From assembly GCF_009914755.1 (NCBI RefSeq), contig NC_060945.1: 64,000 nucleotides of DNA; one strand, given 5' to 3'. A model generated the notes under the pieces. The model searched no databases, had not been told where the DNA came from, and saw only the letters and a program-made list of their open reading frames with translations. Shown in pieces: positions 48,208 to 59,959 of this stretch (position 1 is the stretch's first letter; each line of letters starts with the position of its first letter). This DNA comes from the human T2T-CHM13v2.0 reference genome, Homo sapiens. The position numbers were made by a program, and so were the translations under genes.

Positions 48208-48512
48208 TTTGTTTATCTGTATTTTTCATTGCAAATTGACAAATTACAGCTGTATGTACTTACGGGATACAAAGTGATGTTATAATTTATGAATACAATA
48301 TAGAATAATTAATATATCCATCACCTCAATATTTATTTTTTTCTGATGAGAACATTTGAAATGCACTCTCACAGTGATTTTGAAATGTACATTATTATAT
48401 TCACCAGTCTGTGCAATATATCTCAAAGAAAAAACTTTCCTCCTCCTGTCTAATTGAGGCTTTGTGCCCTTTCACCATCATCTCCTCATTGCCCCATCCC
48501 TCAGCCTCTGGT
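48208..48512 (-). mobile_element. L1MA-type 3' end fragment
   Basis: aattgacaaat...aatatatccatcacctca...gagaacatttgaaat typical of antisense L1MA 3' ends. Confidence 0.7.
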
Positions 48513-48752
48513 CACAGATTTGTGGACATGTGTACACAAATACAGTGTGTGTGTTTCCCCTTTCTGAGTTAAATGGTAGAAAACTGCACACACTTCTCTT
48601 CATCTTGTTTCCTCATTTAACAAAGTGTCCAGAGGGCATTCCATTTCCTGGCCTGGGGAACAGGTCCACAGAGGGGATGTTCCTGTCCCCCACCCAGCAT
48701 CTCCCCAGCCTCAAGTTGGGGGCCTGTGCCAAACAGGGTCCTTCCCTTTCAG

Positions 48753-48954
48753 GCCATTGATAGCATCCACCAGGTGGGCGTGTACTGTCTGGCCCTGGTT
48801 CCTGCCAACACCTTGCCCAAGGCTCCTCTCGGAGGGATTCACATTTCTGAAACCAAACAGCGCTTTCTGGAAGGGACGCTGCACCCGTGTAATGTGCTGA
48901 TGTGCCCTCACACCTGTGTTACCAACCTCCCCAAACCTCGTCAGAAACAACCAG
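48753..48954 (+). CDS. DIP2A: DIP2A exon ~23, AIDSIHQVGVYCLALVPANTLPKAPLGGIH...NLPKPRQKQP
   Basis: tttcag|GCCATT...CCAG|gttagt. Confidence 0.96.
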
Positions 48955-49843
48955 GTTAGTTGAACCTAACAACAGGATGCTCTCTAGTCTAACAGTGGTA
49001 ACAGCGGTGCTTGTGGTTAGGGTGCGGCCCTGCTAGACCTCCAGTGCCAACTGCCCACGTCTTTGGGGCTGGGGTCAAGAGCCAGAGCGAGTGTGCACCC
49101 CAGAATGGTGCCACCTCCCGCCTTCCTGGAACCAGCCACGCATGGGGGAACTTAACCACATCACCTGCATGGTGGTTTCCACCTGCCTGTTAGGAACCAA
49201 TTTTAATGATAAACTCAAGGATGGCATCTCAGCTTTGCATGGCTAGGAGATGGCTCCCTAGGGCTAGAAATGCTGCCCAGGATCATCCTGGAGCTGGACG
49301 AGCTGGACACATCACATCACCCAGTGTCTGTGTGGCCTCGGAAATCTCTCAGCAAATGGCCAACTTGCCTTCCCTCATTTTATACATTTAAAAGCTAATT
49401 TTAGAGACTGGTTTAACTTTAATGCAATTTTTCATTTCTTTGGTCCTGTTGATTTTTAGTACATGCCAAAGTTTTTTTTTATTAATTATTGAACACATAT
49501 CACTAAATACATTTCTTCAGGAAGATTTAATTTCCTGATTTATACATAAAGTACAGTAAAACAAAATATGTTAAGAATTTTGCTGTGACTGAGGCCAAAT
49601 CGTATCCTCTGAGATGCGTCGTGTAGTAAACTTCTCAATAAGGCGTAGTTTATGTTCAAGAGAGAAATTCTCTTTGTCACTTAGCATAAACCTTGTAGCT
49701 AGCTTTCTGAATATTTGTATCTCAGTAGAAGAGTTAAATGCCTCATTCAAGTATGTTTTCAAAATAAAAATTGTAAATAAAATCACGTGATGTTTATATA
49801 TGAGAAGTCACCAGCTTTTCATTCAGAGTTCCCCCATTTCTAG

Positions 49844-49953
49844 AGGTTGGACCAGCCTCAATGATCGTGGGGAACCTGGTTGCTGGGAAGAGAATCGCTC
49901 AGGCTTCCGGGAGAGAGCTCGCCCACCTGGAGGACAGCGACCAGGCACGGAAG
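49844..49953 (+). CDS. DIP2A: DIP2A exon ~24, (E)VGPASMIVGNLVAGKRIAQASGRELAHLEDSDQARK
   Basis: ttctag|AGGTT...GAAG|gtgaca. Confidence 0.96.
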
Positions 49954-50033
49954 GTGACAGGCCAGTTCCGGGGACGGGTGGACGGGTGTCTGTGCCCCGG
50001 AGGCGCCAGTGAGCAAGTCGCCCTCTCGTGCAG

Positions 50034-50114
50034 TTCCTGTTCCTGGCTGACGTGCTGCAGTGGCGTGCCCACACCACTCCTGACCACCCGCTGTTCTTGC
50101 TGCTGAACGCCAAG
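50034..50114 (+). CDS. DIP2A: DIP2A exon ~25, FLFLADVLQWRAHTTPDHPLFLLLNAK (start of FLD2)
   Basis: gtgcag|TTCCTG...CAAG|gtgagg. Confidence 0.96.
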
Positions 50115-50196
50115 GTGAGGCAGTGTCACGCCCACGGGGCTTGGAAACACCTGTGGGCCGGTGGAGCCCTTTGCTTGTCTAGTTCATGGTGCCAGT

Positions 50197-50300
50197 GTCC
50201 TGGTTGTTCTCATGTTTAGAGAACAGGGTGCCTGTGGACTCAGCCCCCGTCCTGGTTGTTCTCATGCGTAGAGAGCAGGGTGCCTGTGGACTCAGCCCCC
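50197..50300. repeat. 52-bp tandem duplication (2 copies, 3 mismatches)
   Basis: gtcctggttgttctcatg..tagaga.cagggtgcctgtggactcagccccc x2. Confidence 0.93.
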
Positions 50301-52090
50301 TTGTCTGGTGCGGTTCTCGCTGCCTGCCCTTTCCTTTCTTGTTTTCCACACATTTCACACAATAGTATTTCTATTGATTTTGTGTTTAGCAGGAAAATTT
50401 TTATCAGCTCAAGTTTTTAAAATTAAAAACAGTATACATGTAAATATTCCTAAGTTTGTGAGCTAAAAGGAAATGTTTATTTTGTAAAAAATTAGCCATT
50501 TAGAATTTCTACATTTGGTTACAGCTTTTAAATGACAAATGTTGCTTCCTGCCCTGCTCCTGCTGCTGATTTGGAAATTCTCATGTGTTTCAAGTTCCTG
50601 TTGTGTGCATTCCACTGTGCTAGGAACATTCAGGATGTCAAGAAGGAGAAGCTGTAATCTTCATATTCAGGTTGTGGGCAGGAATGCGAAATGCGGAAAC
50701 ACAGAAAGTTAAATAACTTAAAACCCTGCAAGGCTTCCTGTCCCACGCACCATACAAGCTGTAAGAACTCTTAAGCTTTGGTGTCGTAAAGAGTAGGTCA
50801 CTGTGGCTTAGAATATGCTCTTCTAGCTCTTGGTGCTGCTCATTCGAATTAAAAAAATACTTAATGATGCCTACAATGTGCACAGTGCACAGTAATAAGA
50901 TTAAAAGGACCCCTACTCTCAGGAGGCTTAAAATCAGTCTTTCCTGCTAGAAAACAAGTTCCGTAGGAGAGAGACTTTGTTTTTCTGGTGTATTGGAAGC
51001 ATCTAGAACCATGCCCAGTAAACATTTATTTTATGATTGATTGAGTTCTAAAGCCTACAAACCAGCCAGTGATTTATCATTGACCAAGGTAAAATCAGCT
51101 TATGGTGTGAACCTCAGTATCAATACAGTGGAGTGATGTAACCTGGAGTGCTGGGGAGGGGGCTTTGAATGGAACTGGGTAGCAGGGGCTATGAAGAATG
51201 ATGCCCAGTGGCTCAAGGCAGGAAAGGAGGCCAGTGTGGTGGGGGCCAGGTGGTCCCAGGTAGGGGATGCAGATAAGGCTGGGGGTCGCTGGGTTTTCCC
51301 TAAGGATGCAGTGGGATCCCAGACCTTGCGGGCTTTGAGTCCCAGTCCAGATCTCAGGTTCTGTCCTGATGGGGCCCTGACTCATATGGACTGGCAAAGC
51401 TTCCGGGATTTGGAATCTCAGGATCTGCCCAGCCCTTGTGCCTGGACACAGCACATAAGTGCGTCCACTGGTCTCTCTCTTCCACTGCCTTCTGTCAGTA
51501 GAAGCCACCAATCGAGAAACAGGGAGTTTTGATGTTACACTGGTCTGCTCTGGAGTTTTATATTTATTAGACTGAATTGCACTTTTTATCTTCTTAAGAA
51601 GGACTAAAAAAGCTGCGAGGCCTGGCAGGGGATCAGGGAGGATGAGTGTCCTGAGCAGAGAGGTAGGGTTACCAGGTATTTCTGTTTGCCTTGAACTGGT
51701 CACATAGCCCCAGTGCCCCTCAGCAGAGAGACAGGGTGAATGAAGGAGCTGGTGTAGTCAGTCCTAGAGGAGACACACAGATGCCTCTGAGAAAGCCGGT
51801 TGCAGATGACACACGCCCAGGCTCAGTGCAGGTGACCTGTGGGCATGGAAAGTAGTACAATTCAGGGATGTTTGCTTATCGCTTATTATGTATTTATAAT
51901 GGTGTCGTATGGAATATTTTATTGAAAAGGCCAGAAAGGTCTTCTTTACCCACGTGTTTCTGGCTCTGCCCTGGGTGAATGGAGTGCCCGCATCTCTCCC
52001 TCTTAGCTGGGACCACACAGGAGATACTTGCATGCCTGTCCCTTCACTGCTAGTGAGAGAGTACAGATGGTGAGAAAAGACACCAGTCGT

Positions 52091-52219
52091 GGACCATGTG
52101 CGGTGGCTTATGCCTGTAATCCCAGCACTTTGAGAGGCTGAGGCGGGCAGATCACTTGAGGTCAGGAGTTCGAGACCAGCCTGGCCAACATGGTGAAACC
52201 CCATCTCTACCAAAAAAAA
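52091..52219 (+). mobile_element. Alu left monomer only, bounded by TSD aaaagacaccag(t/c)cgt
   Basis: AluS-type left arm ending at the A linker; 16-bp TSD with 1 mismatch. Confidence 0.9.
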
Positions 52220-52378
52220 GACACCAGCCGTACGTCTAGGACTGACACATTGTCATTATCATGGACGCTAATCACAAGGTGTCGTGTGCAGTGGCGTGCA
52301 GGTGGTGTGCACGCAGATCTGCGAACAGCCCACCTGCACGCACCAGCATACAGATGAGCTCAAAGATCGCTTTCCTAG

Positions 52379-52502
52379 GGCACCGTCACAAGCACTGCAA
52401 CCTGTGTCCAGCTGCACAAAAGGGCTGAGAGAGTGGCCGCGGCTCTGATGGAGAAGGGAAGACTGAGTGTTGGGGACCATGTGGCTCTGGTCTACCCACC
52501 AG
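52379..52502 (+). CDS. DIP2A: DIP2A exon ~26, GTVTSTATCVQLHKRAERVAAALMEKGRLSVGDHVALVYPP
   Basis: tcctag|GGCACC...CCAG|gtgggc. Confidence 0.96.
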
Positions 52503-52784
52503 GTGGGCTCACTGTGGGGCTGTCCACCTGCAGCTCTTTGTAAGCAGCCTCCTATCCTAAGCAGCCCCCTAGACACTCCCTCCCCGAAGCATCTTCCAAA
52601 ACTAAGCTCAGCCCCTCCTCTCTGCATGTGTCTGCCTCCTCAGCTCAGCTACCCCTGTGGAAACCCAGGAGTCACCCATGCCCCCCCAGCACCACCTCCC
52701 CTCCTCTCTCGCAGGAACAGTGAACAGAGGCTGGTGGGAGCCTCTTGCGGCCGGCCTCCTCACAGCCAGTCCTTGTCTCCACAG

Positions 52785-52906
52785 GGGTGGACCTCATTGC
52801 CGCGTTCTATGGCTGCTTGTACTGTGGCTGCGTGCCTGTCACCGTGCGGCCCCCGCACCCTCAGAACCTCGGCACCACACTGCCCACCGTCAAGATGATC
52901 GTGGAG
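52785..52906 (+). CDS. DIP2A: DIP2A exon ~27, (G)VDLIAAFYGCLYCGCVPVTVRPPHPQNLGTTLPTVKMIVE
   Basis: ccacag|GGGTG...GGAG|gtgcgc. Confidence 0.96.
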
Positions 52907-53031
52907 GTGCGCCTACCTGGCCCGCGGGTCAGAGTCTGTGAGTGGGAGGCTGCAAGGCTGCCCTCCGCTGCCCCCTTTTCTGGGCAGCTTGAGAGGCCCC
53001 GCCCACCCACCCTTGGCCCCTCGCCATGCAG

Positions 53032-53143
53032 GTCAGCAAGTCTGCATGCGTCCTCACCACGCAGGCTGTCACACGGCTGCTCAGGTCCAAGGAGGCTGCT
53101 GCTGCCGTGGACATCAGGACCTGGCCCACCATCCTAGACACAG
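53032..53143 (+). CDS. DIP2A: DIP2A exon ~28, VSKSACVLTTQAVTRLLRSKEAAAAVDIRTWPTILDT
   Basis: atgcag|GTCAGC...ACAG|gtgcgt. Confidence 0.96.
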
Positions 53144-54191
53144 GTGCGTGTCCTCGCACTGCCCAGGACCAGTCCCTTTTCCTTTCTTTGTTGTAGGTGT
53201 GGTGTGGCCTGGCTGCCGTCCAAAAACACACGTGAGGCAAGAGCAGTCCTGGCAGGAGCCTGGCTGACAGCAGGGGGTGCCCCGGGCCCTGGTGGGGAGT
53301 AGGGGTCCCTGTCCCATGTGTAAACCCACGCTCCACTCAGCCCACAGCAGCCGCACCCAGTCCCAAGTGGTGTGGAGCACAGCCTTGCCCCTCTCACCCG
53401 CCTCCTACTGGCATGGGGGCTGGCAGCTCTCTGAGGCTTTCTGCAAACGCTTTGAGGACACAGCTCCCACCGCATGCCGCCACTCCAGCATCCCTGTCCC
53501 CATCATTGGTGAATGCTGTCATGCCCCATGAAATGCTGAGGGCCAACAGGGTGAGGGTCAGAAACCCCCCTGGCTCCCCTCTGCCGTGGACCTGTCTCAG
53601 CCTGGGCTGGATGGGGCTGGGCCAGGGCAGCTGGTGTAGGGGAGGGCAGGCTCAGAGCCAAACAGCTGGCCAGGGCCCCAAAGCCTCACGGGCTTGCCTC
53701 AAGGGGAGCGGTGCCTGCCCTGCTGAGCCTGTGTCCAGTTGCACCCAGGGAGGCAGTGGTGTCTGGCTCATGGGGCCACGAGAACTTGATGAAGCACGCA
53801 GAACCCAGAGCCCGTCCACAGCTATTCTTGCTGTGGTCGGGACTCGGCTCATCTGGGCTTTGCCATAGGCTCTGTGACTTTTGGCAAATCCCTAGTCCTC
53901 TAATCTTTCCTACTGGTCAGTGACGTGATGCCTCCCCTCTTCGCCCTGCCTCGTCCCCCATCCCCACAGGCTCAGTGTGGTCTTGGTGGGACCGGGTAGC
54001 GTTTCCATGAAGAATGAAATACGCTTTCCTGAGCACGCACAGCCTGCATCGTCACGGCCCCACTCCCGTCTGAGCTCACTCTCTGCAGGACTCCCAAGGA
54101 CAAATCATGTGTCGCCTCTTGCCTGTGAAAGCCCAGAGCGTTCAGAATACATGTGGGAACACTAATGTTGCTGGTGTCTCCTGTTTAACAG

Positions 54192-54301
54192 ATGACATCC
54201 CAAAAAAGAAGATAGCAAGCGTTTTCAGGCCCCCCTCCCCCGATGTCCTCGCATACTTGGACTTCAGCGTGTCAACCACTGGGATATTAGCGGGAGTGAA
54301 G
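54192..54301 (+). CDS. DIP2A: DIP2A exon ~29, (D)DIPKKKIASVFRPPSPDVLAYLDFSVSTTGILAGVK (FLD2 P-loop/A3-like motif)
   Basis: taacag|ATGAC...GAAG|gtaggt. Confidence 0.96.
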
Positions 54302-54611
54302 GTAGGTCCTCTGAAATCTTGTTTGCTTCAGCCCCTAGAAATCAGGAGGAGTGGACAGAAAGGATGTCAGATGCAGATTTAAACTGACAGGTCCTTCTTA
54401 TGCAAAGCACAAAGCAACAATTTTGCTTCTTAAGATTTGTGTTAAATACCAATAAATGCTAAGATGTGATTAGCCTGAGAGTAATGCGTTTTCTGATGCA
54501 TTATGGTTATGTCTAAACTTTCTGATTTATGACTGTCTAGCTTACAGGAACTGGTGGCTTTGAAGAATCTCTTACCTTGCTGGGAGTCAATAGCTCAATT
54601 AAAATTTTTCA

Positions 54612-54924
<313 letters not shown>

Positions 54925-55148
54925 TCATTACCCTGAAATTTTGTTTCAAAGATTTTTAGTGTACCATTTCTTGGGTATTATTTAGGTTATATGGGGATTT
55001 GAGCCAACCGTCTTTTAAGGAAATAAATATGATGTTTGGTAGTTCGGAGCTATGGTCTAGCCATGTGAACAGCGGACACTGCCATCCACCCTCTCCCCTC
55101 CTGAATTTCATTTCACTTTTTTTTTTTGAACTTTATTTTACTCTTAAG

Positions 55149-55279
55149 ATGTCGCACGCGGCCACAAGCGCCTTATGCCGCTCCATAAAGCTGCAGTGTG
55201 AGCTGTACCCCTCGCGGCAGATCGCCATCTGCCTCGACCCCTACTGTGGCCTTGGTTTTGCCCTGTGGTGTCTGTGCAG
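55149..55279 (+). CDS. DIP2A: DIP2A exon ~30, MSHAATSALCRSIKLQCELYPSRQIAICLDPYCGLGFALWCLC
   Basis: cttaag|ATGTCG...GCAG|gtgagt. Confidence 0.96.
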
Positions 55280-55794
55280 GTGAGTGCAGGGCCCCTGCTG
55301 CCTGCCAGGTGGGAGCAGCTCGTGTGGCTCTTAGGAACCTTGGCCTTCTAAGGCACCTTTTCTGGGTGCTCAGGAAGCCGATGAGATGTGTGTGAGTGGG
55401 TTTGTTTGGGGATGAAGTGGGTTGGAGTCTGAGTCTGAAATTGAGTGAAAATACATTTTTCATTAAATACACTGTCCGTTATCAGTACTTGGGAAGAATC
55501 TGCTTGATTCCTTCAAACACTAGAAAGTGGCGATCCGTCTCTAGAAGTGAATGCCTCTGGAGTGGTGTCCCCGGATCCTCTCCAAGTGTTCGGAGCAGAG
55601 CTCAGAACCCCGTGCCTGCCATCCCCCAACCTTCACCCTGTGGCATGTTTTCCACCAAACCCCCCCACTTGGCGTCAGAACAGAAATCATGCCCCTGTTG
55701 TGGCTGGAAAAGAAGTGTTCTTGAGGAAGGGAAGAGTGGAGTGCCCAGGGTGCTGGGTGGGCGGGCGGAGCCTCACGAGCCTTCCCTCTCGCAG

Positions 55795-55963
55795 TGTCTA
55801 CTCGGGACACCAATCAGTGCTGGTGCCCCCGCTGGAGCTGGAGAGCAACGTGTCCCTGTGGCTGTCGGCCGTCAGCCAGTACAAGGCCCGCGTCACCTTC
55901 TGCTCCTACTCTGTGATGGAGATGTGCACCAAGGGCCTAGGCGCACAGACGGGTGTCCTCAGG
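55795..55963 (+). CDS. DIP2A: DIP2A exon ~31, (S)VYSGHQSVLVPPLELESNVSLWLSAVSQYKARVTFCSYSVMEMCTKGLGAQTGVLR
   Basis: tcgcag|TGTCT...CAGG|gtgagt. Confidence 0.96.
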
Positions 55964-56432
55964 GTGAGTGCCCAGACCCGGGCTTCTGAGTGTGCTGCAG
56001 ACCACAGCCCTGGGAAGTTTAAAAACAACAAAACAAAACAAGACTCCCAAGGCCCCTCCCTGCAGTTGGAGGAAGTAGAGAAAACCCTTTCCCACTAGGG
56101 GCCCTATGTACACATCTGTCCTCCCACGGCCCACCTGTCTCTGCAGCTCCACACCCCGCAGGAGAGGAGGGTGGGGGGTAGGGCAGGGTCCCTGCGAGAT
56201 AGCGGGGTGGAAGTCTGGCCGCGTGGGAGGGCAGGTGTGGGATGCAGGTCAGATGGGAATCGTTTAGCGCATCCACACGTAGGATTCTGTGGAACAGACA
56301 CAGCCTGCGGAGAGGAGGTTGGTGTCCAGCTCCACCTCTGTGTGCCCACCCGGAGATTTCCCAAAACAGTGCCCAGGGCCCTGGCAACTCACTGAGCTGT
56401 GGCCGTGGCCTGACCGCTCACCCCTCCCGCAG

Positions 56433-56603
56433 ATGAAGGGGGTGAACCTGTCATGTGTGCGCACGTGCATGGTGGTCGCCGAGGAGCGGCCCAGGATTGC
56501 GCTGACCCAGTCCTTCTCCAAGCTCTTCAAGGACCTGGGCCTGCCGGCCCGCGCCGTAAGCACCACGTTCGGGTGCAGGGTCAACGTGGCCATCTGCCTC
56601 CAG
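56433..56603 (+). CDS. DIP2A: DIP2A exon ~32, MKGVNLSCVRTCMVVAEERPRIALTQSFSKLFKDLGLPARAVSTTFGCRVNVAICLQ
   Basis: ccgcag|ATGAAG...CCAG|gtgagg. Confidence 0.96.
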
Positions 56604-57027
56604 GTGAGGTGCCTGGGGCCTGCGGTTCTCGAAAGCTGGCTGTTGGCAGCATGGAGACCCAGTTTCCCAGTTGTTAATGTGCCGTTTTGTAGCCGCCTGA
56701 TCTATTTCTCCTTCTCTGAGCCTTTGATATCTCATTTCCATGTAACATTTTAGCTTCAAGGGTTTTATTTTTAAAGATGTTCTATTCTAGTTGGAGAAAG
56801 GCTTATTTGGAAAAAAAACACATTGTTTTTGAACAGTGACTAATAACTGTAAGACTCTCTAAGTTAGATATAAAACACAGCTAAGTTCTTAAAGCAAGAT
56901 TGAACTTACTGTTTTAAGATATCTAGCAATATTAAATTGAAACATTAATAAATGTGGTAATTTGTGTTGACTCAAATTCATTTCTGAAACCATGAAATGT
57001 CTTATTAAAAGGAAGCACCAAGTTTCA

Positions 57028-57354
<327 letters not shown>

Positions 57355-58045
57355 TCAGAGATTGAAGAGCTCACGGCAGTTCTGTTTATTGCTTCCTCAG
57401 ATAGCTACAGCTGTTGCCCAGATTTTGTACTAGTATCTCAATTTCATTTCTTTCTAAAAACATCTTAAAACCAATTGGCTTTTTAGATAACCCTACATAT
57501 TGAACGCCTTATTCACCCACATAGTACAAGAATAGCTGGAAGGAAATGGCACCTGTCCGTGCCAGAGCAGGGCTGAGTGCAGGTCTGTCTCTGTTTCCAA
57601 AGTGTTTGCTTGGCCTTGTGCCTCCCCATCACAGTGGCAGTGCACGCAGGGCAGGGCGGGGGCTCTGCTCACACCCTCTTCACCACAAAAAGACCCCTGA
57701 CCACTCAAGCCTCAGACCCTTGTCACGCAGCAGAGGAGATCGGGCGGGAGCCTTTTGTGAGCTCGCTTCCTGTGTAGGCTGTGGCTGAGCGTGGGTGCCG
57801 GCCTTTGTGTTAGCGGCTCTGCGTCTGCAAGCCTGGGGCCTCCTTGCTAGACGTCGGAAGGGTATGGATGCCACACATGATTGCAGAAATGATGTTAATG
57901 GGATGTTCACGTTTGCTCTTTAAGATACAGAGGTGGGTTTTGCTCTCTCTTTCCCTGTGTTTCTCATGTGGCTGCTGCTTCTGTGTGTGTTTCCTGTGGC
58001 TGTCTCCTCCCTGTCTCACTCTGCTGCCTCCTTGGCCTCTGTCAG

Positions 58046-58075
58046 CCCAACAGGCTGGGAAAGCTGGCTGAGCAG
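58046..58075 (+). CDS. DIP2A: Candidate alternative 30-nt microexon of DIP2A, PNRLGKLAEQ, phase 0-0
   Basis: ctgtcag|CCCAACAGGCTGGGAAAGCTGGCTGAGCAG|gtatga; ~110-nt AG-free pyrimidine/UG tract upstream; in frame between exons 32 and 33. Confidence 0.8.
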
Positions 58076-58933
58076 GTATGACCTTGACCTTGACCTTGTT
58101 GGTGCCTCTGTGCTTCCCCCTCCCATGAGTTCATGTGACTTTCTCGTGAATTCTAGACAAACATGTTTCTTTTGCTGTCTTACTTTGTTCACAGTGGATA
58201 TTACTTGACATATTACAAAAGCTCCCTTGTAACCAAATTTAAAAGTAAAACTATTTTCAAAAAATGTTAATGCTCATAGCATTGCCTTGGGAGGAAGGGC
58301 TGTGTTTAGTTCCAGTGCAGAGGTGTTTAATTCCAGTGCAGACACAGGTTATGTTGTCTGGGATCTTTAAGGGTGATGTTGATCAGAGTACTCATTTAAT
58401 TGATGTTCCTTATTGAATAAAATGACACATAATGTCCTTTAGTCGGGATTAATGTTAACTGTAAGATTCAGAAAGGAAGAGAGTAGAAAGGTGAAGGCTG
58501 CCATCCATCTCACCTGAGTGAGTCTCGGCTGCGAGCAGTCCCCGGTAGAATTAGGCTGGTTGGTGAGAGGCAAGGCCCTGCCTGACAGCATGGTGGAAAT
58601 GCCCCTCAAATCCTAATGGTGTTTTCATCACAGCAAGAGACCAGTGGGAATAGAAAGTTGTTAGAACTGAAATGTAAAGTGGCATGATTTGGTGTTTTCA
58701 GAGTCATTGAGTGTTTCGCTCAATATTATCAAGCTCTGTGGATGTTTGGATGGAAAGCATCAGACTGCCTGGGGGACCTTGAACCCCTAGGCGGACTCAC
58801 TGCAGGGAGCAGAGCTGCTACCTTCTTGGGTGTCCCCGGGGGCCAGGGAGGAGCTGCCATGCAGCTGTGCCTGTAGAAACAAGATGTTAAGTGAGGCCCC
58901 TGAACAGAAGTTCCTCTGCTGCTCTCCTTCCAG

Positions 58934-58995
58934 GGCACAGCTGGCCCGGACCCCACAACCGTCTACGTGGACATGCGGGCACTGCGCCATGACAG
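58934..58995 (+). CDS. DIP2A: DIP2A exon ~33, GTAGPDPTTVYVDMRALRHD
   Basis: ttccag|GGCACA...ACAG|gtaatg. Confidence 0.96.
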
Positions 58996-59317
58996 GTAAT
59001 GCTCCCAGCCTGCCTGGGCCCCATGGATACCCAGTGGCAAAGTGATGCAAACCAGGTCGGCACTGACTATGCACCCCCGGGACCCAGGCATTAGAGGACG
59101 GCGGGGCCAAGTCAGGCCTACCGGGACACCTGGATGGGCACATGAGAGGACAGCTGGCTACATTGGGCCATCTGCACCAAGAGGAAGAGGAGAGCTGTGT
59201 GCCCCACTCCGGGCGTGCCTCCCAGGGGAGCTCAGTGTCTATCTCTGTGCGCCCGTGTCCCCAGGGCTGCAGTTAACATCCCTTTATCTATCACACAACC
59301 AGGAAGAATAAGAGTGG

Positions 59318-59491
59318 CCCCTGTGACATTTGGTTCTTTAGAGGGACAGGGACAGAGAGAAGACAAGTAACCCATCTACTGGCAAGAACGTTTCTTACCC
59401 GATGACCCATGTGACATTTGGTTTTTAGAGGGATAGGGACAGATAGAAGACAAGTTATCCATCTACTGGCAAGAACGTTTCTTACCTGATG
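59318..59491. repeat. ~88-bp tandem duplication (2 copies)
   Basis: tgtgacatttggtt...gagggac/tagggacaga...ccatctactggcaagaacgtttcttacc.gatg x2. Confidence 0.93.
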
Positions 59492-59959
59492 CTGTCATAG
59501 GATCTGACTTAGTTTCATCTTGATGAACGATGGTGGTGCATACAGTGTGTGCTTGCTGGTCTGTGGTCAGATGTGTATCAGGGCCCCTCCCAGCTTTGAA
59601 GCTCAGATCCCAGTCCTGGATTCTCAAGTATGGCCACACTGTAGCTTGATGTAAACACTAGGTTTAGCTTACTGGGTGCCAGGGGCTTGCTGGGTTCAGG
59701 GAGGACCTAAACGAAATGTAGAGTGAGCTGCTGTGAGCACATGGGGTGGGTGGCGAGTGCATGCGGGTGGCGGCACTTGGGACCGCAGCGTGGTTGGGGT
59801 GTCCCTGCCATTCATGGCAGGTGTGCTGTGGAAAGGTTGACATCCTGACTGTTGTCAACAGACCCTCAGAGTGATCATTTCCAACGTCATGATCTGCCCT
59901 TTCAGACATTACTACCTGTGTAGTAAATTTTGTACTGAAATTGTTCCCTTAATTTTTAG

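Noticed and set aside
51095-51703. Longest ORF in the track (202 aa, minus strand)
   Set aside because: No recognisable domain or splice context; within chance expectation for intronic DNA.
57925-57932. Possible second 8-nt microexon (tttgctctttaag|ATACAGAG|gtgggt)
   Set aside because: It would shift the frame, has an AAG acceptor and has no independent support; junction reads would be needed.
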